A stretch of DNA of 64,000 nucleotides from Halocafeteria seosinensis (taxonomy: Eukaryota), in the NCBI GenBank assembly GCA_001687465.1, contig LVLI01000090.1:1-64000 (forward strand), in the 5' to 3' direction. The position numbers and the translations under genes were made by a program. Below, piece after piece: positions 38,296 through 51,700 of this stretch. The first letter of the stretch is position 1. Each line of letters begins with the position of its first letter. A model generated the notes under the pieces. The model ran no database searches and was not told where the DNA came from. It saw only the letters and a list, made by a program, of their open reading frames with translations.

Positions 38296-39147
38296 ATGGC
38301 CATGGACTATGCGAATAAAATCTTGGAAGCACGCCGACGGTGGAAACTACAGTTAGCTGCCTGCACAGCCCTCGGGCTGGCGGGGCTCCTCGCCGCTGGC
38401 TGGCTATGGTCAATGCGTCACTACGCACAACGGCCATTTCCTCGGTCGTCCTTAACGATAACTAACGAAGGAAAGAATAACAGTGAATGGGGTGCCTCTG
38501 GGAATCGTGTGCTCATACATATTGGAAAGACAGGCGGCATGACGGTGCGGACAAGAGTGACCCATTGGATTGATTACGAGGTGCACGTCAGTCATAAGTT
38601 CAACTATGGCACACATGTGCCGGCTATCGAGATACATGAGTTCCATCCAAAGCCCAACGATCGACTCATTATAACTGTGAGAGACCCTATCAAGCGAGTT
38701 ATTTCGGCATGGAATTTCCGGAAATATTTAACAAACAACAACATTGAAATGGCGAGCTCGCGATGCTCGATCTGCGAAGAAAGACAATGTTTTGCATTTT
38801 TCAGCTCCATCAGTGAGCTCGCTGAAGCATTGCCTCATGATCCACTTGCGAGAGGATTATTTACGGAAGGGTGCATTCAGCACCTTAAACACAACTATAC
38901 TCACTATATTCATCCTATCGAAGATTTCATCAGGAATCATCCCGAACAGATCGAAATTATTCGCCAAGAGCACATGGAAGAGGATTTGCGACGCGTGTTC
39001 CACGTCAAGCATACGTGGAAGACCCACACAGGACCTACCAAACACAAGACACTTTCTGACAGAGGCGAACAGAACCTACGGGAATTTTTGAGAGACGAAT
39101 ACAGGATCTACTTGTGGCTACTGAGCTTGAAAGGCTTAAAACCGTGA
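38296..39147 (+). CDS. Type II membrane sulfotransferase (Sulfotransfer_2-like), intronless
   Basis: N-terminal TM LAACTALGLAGLLAAGWLW, 5'-PSB motif IHIGKTGGMTV, 3'-PB motif TVRDPIKRVISAWNF, IIRQEHMEEDL and a terminal DEYRIY. The likely start is ATG 38296 within ORF 38026-39147. Confidence 0.85.
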   Translation: MAMDYANKILEARRRWKLQLAACTALGLAGLLAAGWLWSMRHYAQRPFPRSSLTITNEGKNNSEWGASGNRVLIHIGKTGGMTVRTRVTHWIDYEVHVSHKFNYGTHVPAIEIHEFHPKPNDRLIITVRDPIKRVISAWNFRKYLTNNNIEMASSRCSICEERQCFAFFSSISELAEALPHDPLARGLFTEGCIQHLKHNYTHYIHPIEDFIRNHPEQIEIIRQEHMEEDLRRVFHVKHTWKTHTGPTKHKTLSDRGEQNLREFLRDEYRIYLWLLSLKGLKP

Positions 39148-40731
39148 CCAAAAAGCTCCTTTGATATCCTGGGTCTGCAGTCTATGTATCACCTAGAACA
39201 TACATCATCGCGTTAAGAGCTTACCATTGGAGTCGCTTTGCTCCTTGCCCAGCGTAGATCATGGGACCACTTACTTGCCCTAACTCCTGCTTTATTGGTA
39301 AGGAGACCACAAAAAGACTCTCAATGGGTACACATGGGAAGGAACCTACCACATGGGGCGAGACTGTTGTGGTACCGTTACCCCCGTCCGTTCTTTTTTT
39401 CTGGCGAAGTTTTCCGGTCTTATGAGGTTTCACTGTAACCAGTTGCATGCACATAAGGAATCCGCAACCAGCCGTTCGCCACGTTTCGTTGTGATGCTGG
39501 AGCTCAGCGGCAAGTTGGCGATCAGCTCGCGTTTTAATTTAGCGTGGTGAGTCTGGAAGGCACAATTCCATACCAAGCTAGTAGTGGAAAGTGCAAGCGC
39601 CTGTTTTATTCTTGTTACTTGGTACCTGCCAGTAGTCAGCAGCAGCTGCTTAAGGTCAGACCTCAATTCCTTGGTGTTGGGTAAAGAGGATTAACAGCTT
39701 TCATACGGGGGATCTAAACGGTAAAGACAACTGCTCGCATGGGGAACGGTACGAAGAATTGGAGAACTTAGAGGGAAATCGTAGAAGAGAAAATAATGCC
39801 ACAACAAGCAATAGCCCCAGTAAAGTAGAGTCATAAAGGAAAAAGAAACAAATTTGTGTCACACCATTATGGTTGTTGGGAGGGGTTTCCGTTGTTGCAA
39901 ATTTTCCTTGCTGAGATGTCATCAAGCTCGATTGGCTTGGGAATCCAAGTTGGGATCAATGCGAGAAATTACTATTGTTGGCGTGTCGTCTCCAGGAGAC
40001 GCACGATGATCGTTGCTTGATTACCGTATACGCAAGCTCCTTCCGGTTGGGTTTCCGTCAACGGACGACTTGCTCTTTTTGTGGAGCCCAACCTTCGAAG
40101 AAGGTTAAACTGATGCATCTATGTAGGAATCTTACCTTTATGTTAATAAGATGGCACCCGCGGTAAGTTTCCGTTCACACCGTTCGCTAATGACCGTTTC
40201 TCAATAACACTGTGTGCAGTGCGTGCTGTAGAGCATGGTTGAAGGGCTTCTTTCCAACACTCGCCGCCTGGGTACCTATGGGTTCCGCCATTTGCTGCAG
40301 CATTTCGCAATGAGTCAAACCATGACCAGTGTTGGTTTCGGCCATTAGATGGGAACTCGATCTGTTTACTTTCCCTGTATACGAACACGAACCCATGTAC
40401 ACGACTTAATGTAATGACCATCAGCCGAGAGGGGCTTTGACGCCTTCTAGTACATTGTTCCAGTTTTGAGATTAATTTTTTCTCACATCCCTCGGCAATG
40501 TGCTACATACGTCCCGTACACGTTGCTGATGCGACAATTCCTTCACAGAAGAACGTTAAGTAAGTCGCAAGTGGTTGCGACCAGACCGGACGCACCAAAG
40601 CCTGTTGCTGTTAAATAAACCGCCGCGCACGACAGATGTCGTCATTTCCACTTGAGAGGGCGTTGTCGTCTTTGTCACTAGTGCGTCATTGTATTGATTG
40701 AAGCACAGTATATCTGCATTAGGAAGCGACA

Positions 40732-42652
40732 ATGAGCGAGAGCAACTCGTTGCATTGGTTGAACGCATACGAGGACCGCGTCGCAGGACTTCATGTGCAT
40801 CAGGAATGCTGTCAATTGGCCGATGTGCAGGGAGATAACGACTGGGAATTATTGCTAGCTACTCCGGACAAAAAATTGAAACTTTTCAAAAATTCTCAAG
40901 TGCGCACCGAATTGAACGTCCTGGATGTGCCGAACGCGATATGTGCCTTCATCGTGGATCGGCAATCCTCGCTTCCCGCAGTGGCAGTCTCTTCGGGACC
41001 GTACGTGTTTGTCTACAGAAATCTTAGACCTTATTTTAAATTCAAAGTGCCGGAAGAAAAAGTCGACCGGTCCGAAAAGGGTATCTGGGATAACGCTCGA
41101 TCGAAGTCTGCCGCGGATTTGAAAACTGAATTGAAACAACTGCAGGATGATCCCGAAGTTAACTTGACCGTGAGGTCGCGACAATTCCTGGCGTTGGAAA
41201 CAAATGAAGAGCAAGAAGAATTTATGGATAGATTAGCTTCCGTGCCTCTGGTCAGTCATACGGTTGTGACCTGCCTGGGGAAACTAAAACGGAACAGTCT
41301 TGATCAATCCGAAAGCGACCACTTGGTAGTGGGAACCGAATCGGGGCAGGTGTTGGTACTTCAAAGTGGCGCGAATGCGATTGAACAACACTATAATCTT
41401 CCTTCAGTTCCTGTCGGAATTTCAGCAAGCGGCATATGGGAAACAGAGAGCCGCATAGTCGTCGGTTGCAGGAATGGACGACTATATACCATCCGGAACA
41501 AAAAGGTAAGGGCAGGGCGGCAGAATTTTACTTCGCGATCTAGTTAATGCTTGTGTATCAAATGTTTGTCTCTATACAGAAAGTGACAACAGAATTCGAT
41601 ACGGCATCCCCGATTGTCGGATTTTGTTTGGTTCAACAGGAGTTGTTCGTTGCCTGCAGCGATCAGTCATTCCAGTGTTATCACGTCAAGGGACGTAAGC
41701 TGTGGACCATGAGATTTGATAAGAAAATTTCGTCGGTGTTTCCACTTACGGTACGCTTCTTGTCAAATTCGTCGACATTTATAGCATTTGGTGTTCAACC
41801 GTAACTTATGTCTTTTCAGACTGAGACAATGTCGGCATGTTTAGTAGGTTTCGAAAATGGAAACGTAAAGACACTTACATCGGAAGGAAAAGAAATGCTT
41901 CATGAAACCGGGCCTGACGAAGTTAATGATTCAGTTTCTGCTATCCGTTTTGGGCGTTTTGGGCGAGAAGATCACTGCTTAATAATATGCTTCCGTAGCG
42001 GTGCTCTCAAGGTTAAGATCATTCCCCGCCGGGTAGTATCAGGGGAATTATTGGCGAATCAGTCTAATAAGTCGGAAGAAAGTAGCTCATTGAATATTCC
42101 GAAGAAAACACGTCTCTACGTTGAGCAAACGCAAAGAGAACAGGCCGAATTCAGGAAAATGCACCATCTATTCCAAAAGGAACTTTGCAGGTAAACTTCG
42201 TTTTTTTGCTTCGGGAATTGGTAGACCTGCTTAATAAAATCACCGTATGCCGCAGGTTACGCTTGGACACGGCACGGTCCTATGTTAAGCTTATATCTTC
42301 AGGGTATAGTCATGTTAGCAGTGGGAGGTCAAAGCGGATAGGACTTAATGCACGGATCCAAGGCATTGGCCCGCACTTTGTCCTATTAGTGGATGTTACT
42401 AACCAAGGAAATGAGAGTATTTCAGGCACGATCCTGACTTTTAATTTTGATGGAGGCTTGTATTCGGTTTCCCCGCCACAGTTACATCTTCCCGTGCTGG
42501 TACCACACGTCACCTCGACGTTTTCTACGCATGTGAATACAGCGCAGGAGGAATTGTCGGGGCAGATCTTCTCAATGCTAAGTGATTCTAGTCAAGAAGG
42601 ATTACCCCTAGTTTCGGCATTGGTGAAAATGCCTGCGCCCGCTGAAATATAA
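40732..42652 (+). CDS. BBS1: Bardet-Biedl syndrome 1 protein (BBSome), paralogue B
   Basis: Exons 40732-41505, 41580-41750, 41820-42190 and 42256-42652, with the same three intron positions as copy A. Motifs HWLNAY.D, SGPYVFVYRNLRPYFKF, LNIPKKTRLYVEQTQRE and LPLVSALVKMP. Confidence 0.94.
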
Positions 42653-42703
42653 ATGATGAAACCTTGAAAGCGGTATTTTGCATCTACTTGTGTCATTGAA
42701 TAA

Positions 42704-45700
42704 TTATGCTATATCGAATGTTCCTCGTGCCAACCCGTAAGCTACACTCTTCATCAATTTATCCCTGAGAACTTCTTCAGAACTATACATAGGCAATTTC
42801 AACTGGAAGAAACATGTATGTGCTTCAACCATGCTCTCGTTCCCACGAAACTCTTGGTTGTTATCCAGGAATGGTGTCAGTAGAAAATGCGTTCGCCGAC
42901 CATCCGCTGTATACCAGTTCGATTCACCCCGGGGCAGTTTGGAGCGCCCCCATGCATAACGAATAAGCATACTGCGTTCCCGCATACTGAGAGACCCAAA
43001 GACATTCCAGAAAGCCTTGATCAAATAATGATTAGGGTTGAACGGAGAAATGTACTTCGTGTGGCGCTGCAGCATTGCCATATCTATTTCTGACGGACCA
43101 CAAACCATTCTCTGCAGATCTTTCCAGCGACATAGCTGCACTGCTCGTTCAGGTATAATGTTTAGTAAGCCTTTTCTAATGGCTCTAGTTGGTTTTCGTA
43201 GCGGTCCCAGCCGTCGTTCCGCAATCATCTGACAGAAGGAGGAGGCTGTAGAAGCAGTAACGCGGGTAGAAGCACCGTTGGTGATCAGCTCTTCTGGCCG
43301 ACCTCTTGAGTCTTCATCAACAAAGTATAGGTCAGGGAAACATTCAGCAAATTCGTCTTCCCACATCTTTGAATGAGATACGCTGTTGCCACGAATGACT
43401 TCGATTTGCATGCGAGTGAGAAACGCTTTCAGTCGTTTCAAAAGAGCACCCTTATCTGGATCAAGCATCTCGATGTCGGATTCGTCCAACTGCGTTTCAT
43501 CCCCGGCTATCAATTTCCACACGCAGGGAGCGAACATGAAATCTAGCCAAGCTCTAGAACGCCATGATATACCCATTAGTACACCCACAAACTGCAGCAT
43601 ATACAATGCTAGCTTCGAGTTAGTTGTAGATGCTCCAGCTCCTTGTAAAAGACTGGTGTTTGGAACCCACGTATCATCGTCTGCCGCATTTCCCTGCTCC
43701 TCAGCGAGAAGAGCGGAGCGAGCTCGTTTGCACAGGTTGACGTGCGGACTGGGTAAAGTAAACAAGTCGTGGACAGCTCGAGCAATACAATCACGGTATA
43801 TTCCACCCCAATCAATACCAGCCTCGTTAAGGAAGCTTACTTTGAATAGCCGATCCTTATCGTCCAGTCTGGAGCGCAGAGTTTTTGCCCGGCAATGTCT
43901 AAGTTTATTAAACAACTGCACAAACATGCATTGCGAATTATTTATATCACTTTTTCCGAGCTCTACGCTTTTCTCTGCTGCTGTATTATCCAGGCTAATA
44001 TGAATCCCACTCTCTTCGTAGGTTGAAGACTGCTCTATGGCGCTCTCAATTACATCTGACTGCGTTTCCGGGAAAATAAGGTGAGAAACCTGCTTCAGTA
44101 GTGCACCTACTGACCATTCACCCACACTTCCCGAAGTATCGACAACTGTGAGGCAGCGAGCAAGAAGCTTGTTCAAAATTACGATGAGAGCCAAACGAAG
44201 ACGCAGCGTCTCAACTGTCAAGCAGTTTAGAGCGGGATAAGTATGCCGCTCTTGTTCACTAAGCTCGATTTTCCATACAGAAAGAGTTGATACACGGATT
44301 TCTTCAGTGCTTGCTTTCATTGAAGCCCATTCAACCAGTTCTTCATCTATGCGGTGGCTATGGTGTTGCAAGAGTCCGGGAACAAGCTCTTGAACATCGT
44401 CGATCGGAATGTTCCACAAAGCAGCTCGTTTCAACTCAGCAACCGGTCGCTTTAAAGACTCATCGGTGGAGGTGGAGGCTGTTAACATGCCTGTACGATA
44501 AGCCAGAGAAAGTCCGCTAATCGCCACCATTGCCTGTTGTAATTTGGCTAACGAACTGTCAGTCAAATTAAAGGGGCTACGCCCAGGCGCAACTCTACAC
44601 GAGTCCTCAGAGTTGGATACAGGCCCGCCGTCATGAGCAAGTTCGGCAGCTCTATACAGCCATGCATCGGGGATCCGTGCACCGACAGCCAATGATTTCA
44701 AAATTTCCCGAGCAAAAACCATTGCCTTCAACGCACGTAACGCTTGTAGCTCTGGCAATTCTGGGGCGGAGCAGTCGGATTTGACAGGCGGAAACCAGTT
44801 TCCAGCAGTTCCCGATAAATCAATTACTCCCTCCTGGCACTCCTGGCCTTCTTCTTGGTTAAATGACTCACGTAGACGGCGGAATGGAGCAGGGACAAGC
44901 GAGGTTACCGGGGTGAAAAATTGCCATTTATTTCCCAACATATAATGGGCTGCCGATGCTGTTGCAACAAGTTCGTAGACCTGGAGCAATGCAGTGGGTA
45001 AGAAGACAAGACCAGTTGAAGGAGCCTCCTGAAGCTTCTGGTCCAGGACGGGCTTGATTTCATTTAGAATGATATGCAACGGCGGATGATCATTCTGGGA
45101 AAAGTAAGAGGGCTGCGACAAAACGCGACACAACAACGCCACAATGCGCTGCTTAAATGGCGCGGCGTGACTGCAAATGTGCTTCAGCATTACGCTGACC
45201 AAACTAGCGTTGTGTATGACCCCCTTCGACAGCGTTGTCTGCGGTAAGCACTCTGACAAGAGGAATTCCACCAACCAAGTTCCCCATTCAAGACTAGGTG
45301 ATCGCAATGTTTCTCGTTCACCGCCCCATGCCATTCCATTAGCACGGTGAGCCTTCAGCCGGAACCCCCAGTGAGTATCTCCCACACCGGGTTTCCCTGG
45401 ACAGTGCGTATAGAACAGCTTCCCGGTGGGCGTTCTTACGAGGAAGGGTTTAAATGAATGGGCTCTGCCCGAAAACATCGCAACACAGTGTGTTCGAGAC
45501 GCGTCCAAGTAAAATGCCAGGTAAGCAGTGGGATCATTTGGATCTGTGCACGTATTCGCATCAAACGTAATCCACATAGCTGTTGCGCCCGAGATATGTA
45601 TGAAAGACTTCTTATTCACAGTGGCAGGGTGGTTCGATTCAGCTATAGCAATGCCACTTTCTGATACAGCACTCTGCCCGTCTTCAGAGCTCTGCACGGA

Positions 45701-48700
45701 AATCACTTTCATGTTGCTTTTTGCGTCATTAATTAGTACAGGTGTAAATTCAGTTGTCCTTCCATGTCCATCATGGCGTTCCCCACACGCCCTACATGCG
45801 GAAGTCCCCTTGTTTTTCAAGCCACAACGGCTGCAAAGCCACAAATTCGCCGTTGCACCTGAACTAGATAAATTCTCTGATTTTACGAGGTTAGCAATTT
45901 GACGCCGGAGAGCTGGTATGCAATCTTTTGCAGAATGCAACATGAAGTTCGCTTTTCCTTCAGCCGCTAGGGTGCTAGAAGTAGAACTCGATTGTTGACT
46001 CAACAGTGAATAGCCCACGCTGTTTCCAGCTCCAGCAAAAACAGAGCCAATGTTTTCGGAGATTTTCTGTGTTATTACAGCCAAACGAGCCCCTTCTCCA
46101 GAAAACATTCCATCTGCCCCAGAGACAATTACTTTGGCAAAGTCAAGAAGGGACTTTGGACCACCCAAGTGGGCCGCGTCGAATGATACCGATCCTGGCC
46201 ATTGAAGCAATACGTGCAAGCATGCATGACGAGCAGATTGAACAGCGTAAGATTCGTAAGCCCGACAAAGTAGTGGGATTTGGCCAAAACCAAGTGCTTG
46301 CGCTGTTTTCTTTGGATCGTTGCCGTTGGTGCTCAGTACTTTGCTTACCCAAGAATCGGTGTCCAGGGAGCTCAACTCATCTTGCTCAGTGGTAGTGCCT
46401 ACAGGCTTGGACGTTGCACCTGCTGGGTTATTGCCCTTGTCCTGTGTTTCTTCAAGCCCTCGAAGAAATTGCTCTTCATCCTCGTCTTCGTTTCCGACAT
46501 TCATTCGACCCCATAGATGCAGTGCTTCCCCGCATGTCATCGAAGACACGCTCACATCCTCCCCGTAGCTGCCGACAACCAGACGTATATGGTCATAGGG
46601 AACTGCCACAGTACGATAGAACCCTGCTTCATCTACACGATACTGAATAAAAACCAACTCCTGCGACGAATATTGCCGTTCTTCAGTTCCTAAGTAAGCA
46701 GAAAGAGAATCCCAATATCGGCGGTATGCTTCGCTGACGTGGGGAGGAGCTACTGTGCCAACTGCCAGCGCCCCCGCACCGAGGAAACGAGACGCCAATG
46801 GATACGCTACCTTCAGCACGGTGCCCCGATCTCTCTTAGCATGCGGATCGATATCGCGTCCGGCAAGCCGTCCTCGCCTCAAGCGCGCTCTGAACTCGCT
46901 GTCTGTTGCCGCAATCACAGGTGAAGCCATTATGGCAACTAATGTCCCCGGTCTTAACTTTTGCGGACGAGCTACTGGTAAAAGTATTGCTTCAGACATG
47001 CACACTAACGGAGCATCTGAAGCCACCAGGAGTCCTGGAATACTCTCTACTATTGACTGGCCTGTTGCTACAGGTTGCTCTGTAGGCTGGCGAGACACAG
47101 TATGCCTACTCTTCGAGGGTGCTATGGAAGCATCCGAGGCAACCAGCCCATTTTGAGAAATCAAAGGTTCGTTCATATGTACCCCCTCGACCACGGCGGA
47201 AGCGTTTACCTTCTTTCGGCTCGACGAAGTTGTACTCTTCTTACTAGTGGACTCCTGGACCAACCTTAGCCTTTCCCTCTCAGCGGCAACAGAAGGATGC
47301 GACGGGGGATGTGACAATAGCCACAACGCCGCGCTGTCCTTGCTGTAACTATTCTTTTTCAAGGCAATGTAGCAGTCCTCAATTGAACGACCGCAAGAAA
47401 CTTCAATGATGTCATATGCGCTGTTCCATGTATCCAGATCTACACCTGGAGGAGGAGCACTCATAGATTCATTGAAGGACTCGTCGGGTTCCCATCCGGA
47501 CGAATCACCTTCCTCTGCGTCTGAAGGCTTCAACGACGTACCCGGTTCGGCATTGCCGTCGTCAGGTATCGCAGCGTCGGTATCTTCCGCAGGAATATCT
47601 GCATCTTTGACGTTGTACACAGGGAGAGCATCGAGTCCTTCGGTCAAATAATCTCGATGCAAAAATAATGCATTTGCCAAGGAGCGCGTGCCACCAACAT
47701 TTATAGACAGGCTTTCTGGAACGTCGGAGCAATCTAGATCTTTTGTTGACAGTCCAGATGAACGAATTGTCTTGGACAGACCCCAAACACTCACCGAGTT
47801 GCGGGACAAATGTGATTCAAGAGCTCTTTCCCATGTCACATGTACGATGTGGGCCAAGTTGGAAGCATCTAAGAACCCAGGGCCCCGTGAGGGCAAGGGA
47901 AGGGGACGAAGAGCGGTCTCCATTAACGTAGGGAGAACTTTCTGGAAGATCGCCGTTTCCACATGGTGCGATTGCTGTCGAAAAATACTTGAAATAGCTG
48001 AAGTCGCCATTGCTTTCATCTTCCAGACCCAAGTCAAAGTATAAAGCGTCTGCTCGCTGCATATTTCCCGTAGCGGAGGAAAATGCCGGGTTCGAGTATG
48101 ATATTGATGTTGCAGGATAGCATGTAGTGCTGTTTGCGGTAGATCAAAGGCTGCAAATTCTGAAAGCAACTCAAGAAACCCTTCCCCAATACATACATCC
48201 GGAACCGGATTTTCGTTCTGCATCGACTTAGCCTTCAGGTTTAAGGAGTAGTCAATTAAAGGAACTTCATCGAGGGCTTGAAGTTGATTTAGTGGCTGCC
48301 ACACAAGCTCCCAAGAGTCCAATGAGGACTGGTGATTCAATAATACTGTAGTCTCGACAGTGGTGTTTCCCGTGCTATCCATCGTTTCGCGATCTTCCAC
48401 GATTGATTTAAGCGCCTTCTCACAAGCCAAGTTTAACTCCTCATTGTGAAATGAGGGCAAAGACACTTTTGTGGACAGATTGGCCGCGTCACAATCTGCA
48501 GGAGACAGGAAGACACTCGAGAGCTGGATGATTCCTTGCTTTAGCCGCGCATATTGAGCTGCGGTGGAGGTACCTTCTGTCAGACATGTTAAGAAATTCT
48601 TCGAACCACAAGACAGTTGTGCCGAATCTTCTTCAGTGGAGCTCGCTGTTATATCACCACAAGGGAGCGCAACAAGCGCTAATGAAGACCCTCGCTCGTA

Positions 48701-51700
48701 CACGACAACGACACCTACGTCCTCTTCGTCTTCATTCTCGACTCTGGCGGATGTCTCTGTTGCTTCGTTTGTCCGTTGATTTGCGTTACTTTCGTCCATC
48801 ATCTCCTCCTCTCCGGATTCCGCCGGACCTTCTGGAGAGACCGGCACGCTTTGACTATCCTGACGTTGGACCACGCGTGATCCAGGGCGCAACAGCTCCG
48901 GGAGACCCCCAACTGCCCACAGTGCAGACGCGGCACTCCCCAGAACTGACGACATCTGCTCTGATGCCTCCAGACTCTCATTTAGATGCCTCTTACCGGA
49001 CTCTAAAAGTCTTCTCAAGACGTTCATTATGTTTCTTCCCCAAGAGGACACACGAGCTTGACAACCACCAACTGACAGTCCGCCGTCTTTATTTTGGACT
49101 GTTACATTGACTGATCGCAGACGGAGCAAGGTCCTTAAAACACCGACAACCAGAGAACAGACAGACGAAAGTTGGTGTCCAAAACCAAATCCTCCTTCAT
49201 GAAGATCAGTTGCCAAGGAACATTGGTCCGAGTTTATAGGGAAGAAGCATCGCTTCCTTCCCATAAGGGACAGAAGCAGAAGAGGCACACTTTCAGAAGT
49301 TTTATCGGTCGCTCTAATTCGATCAATGCCGTCGTTTTGCAACCAACGCTTGACAGAAGATCCCGAACTATCGTCTGTTATAGACTGCAACGCTGAGCCG
49401 GCCTGGACGGGGGTCACTGAAGGCAGCACGAGATGTAGTAGGGGTAAGACTGCTTTCTGCTGTGGTAATCCACCATACACAAGCAGCGCGAACAGAATAG
49501 CTAAGCCTTGGGGCGACCAAATTGGTTTCAACGTGGGGAAGTCGTCATTGTTAGTGTATCTCTCAGGTTGGTCTAGAAGTGAACGTATAAAATACAGCAT
49601 CTTCCCACTCAAACGGGTTAAAACCGCTCCGTCAGTGGTACTGGTCAGCCAAGCAACATGTTTGGCGTCTCCTACAGAGCTAACCAATCCGCCCTCATGA
49701 AGTCGATCTATTAGAGCATCGCGTTCCCCTGAAGCAGCCAAAAAACACAAGCAATTCCATTCGCCGAAAGCTGTATCTGTGTCTAAGAGCGAAAGCAGTC
49801 GGTCTCCCTGGATTTTCAATGCCGCAGCGAGCATCAGATGAAGGGGGTCATACAGAAACGAACATAACTGCCGTTTAGCAAAGCATTCGCCCAAATGGTG
49901 AATAGACAGAAGGCCATACAATCCAAATAATTGCTTCGAAAATAGAGAAATGTCATCCGTCTCAAATATACCGGAGCACTGTGTAATAACCTGAGCAGAT
50001 GCATTGATTTCACTGCTGTCGACACCAATGGAATTTACCGTTAAGTCCCTGTACGGGCTTCTGGAGTGGGATCGGAGAAAGCCAACAGAGGGTACACTCA
50101 CGATGCTTCGATTCGTGTTCTGCATCAAGGAAAGCTCCGCACTGCTGGCCTCAAACATTCTCTGAGCCTCAGTTCGCGATAAGACACCGCATTGAGCTAT
50201 CATATGTAAATAACAAAGGAGAATAGTCTCTGAATCGATATAGTTACCTAGGTAAGCTACTCCGCCGGGAGATCTTAAGGAAGGGTGAAAATCATCGGGA
50301 ATTTTTGATGGACTCATGCATTGTTTCGCAGCCTTTCGTAAGGACGATTGCAGAATATTTGGAACTTTCGCGTTCCTTTCTTTGATACCACTCCAAATGT
50401 ATGCCAGAGCTTGCTCCCGTGATACCATTCCTCGGGATAAACAGAGCCACAGCTGGTTTTCAGTAACAGGCTTCCAGGTCACCGCGGTCGTCTTCATACT
50501 CTTTGTCGCAGTACATGATGATGCTAGCCAAGCTTCATAACAACTTTGCAGAAGCGCCCGTAAATTGTCACACGCTGAGTCTGCGATATCGCCGTCCTTA
50601 TTCCGTACTACCCGCCAATCCAACGTACTCATTAACACGACAGGTTGTAGAGACAACAAACGCCCTCTCCTGGAAGAAGTCTGGAGTGATACGAACGTGT
50701 CCTTCAGCTCTTTGTACAATCCATCAACGTAAGAATGCAGCTCCGTCTTTAGACTTCGCGAACTACAGTCCAATTCGCTAAACGGGTGGTGTTCCATGGC
50801 AACGAGTCGGGATGCCTTGGACGGTAATCGTAGCTCTACAGAGGCATTGCTTTCCTCTGACGTTTGCCCACCGCTAGGTTCATCCGCATCGTCTACAGCA
50901 TTGCCTTCGTCGTCCTCAAAACTACTTTCAATTTGCTGTCTCAAGCGAATCGGGTCAAACTCGTGGTCCGAACTTTGAGACCCAGTCTCGTGGTCCCCTT
51001 TCCTTCCGAAGCTGTGAGAGGGAGTCGAAGGTCCGGAAGGCTGGGAGATAGCCATGCGCCTATCCAGAAGCTGCGCAACGCAGTGCTCTGTTTGCCCGAT
51101 AACTCTTACTAACGGTAGCAAACGAGAGATTTCTTCGTGTTCAGTCATTCCTCGGAATGAGGATCGGAAAGGAAGCAAAATATCTCTCAGAACAACAGGT
51201 GGTACATCCTGACTGCAAAGCTGCTCCATGGATCGTATAGCCACCGTCCGCTGTTGTGCCCGAGTATCTTGTGCAAATAAAATTGGACCCGCTATTTCGA
51301 CGGGAAATGCCCATCCCTCTTTCGAATATATCTCTATGGCTTTGCATCGACGTTGTATGGGAGTGTACACAAAGTCTTCGCCATATAAGCCTTGCGAGGA
51401 AGAAGCTACAGCGGTGGCAATTCGCTCGTACATCCATTCTCGCGGATGTAATGCACGAAATGGGTGAGGGCGCAGAGTGTGTAAGGATCTTGCGTGTCGA
51501 GACATCGACTTCAACTCAACTACTGACGGAGTTTTTGTCGCTGGCTTCAAAAATACATGACAGTGATCGAGTTCGGTATGAGCACTTTCCATGTCATGGA
51601 ACCAGTCAGTGCAAGCAGTTTTGCTGCCACATAGAAACGCCAGTCGCTGTAATAGCTTTTTATAGAAGCTCTCAAAAGAAGTCGGATGATCAACAGGGTT

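Noticed and set aside
39150..40440. Transposase or other gene in the insert beside the sulfotransferase
   Set aside because: Only short ORFs with no recognisable motif, and no terminal inverted repeats seen.
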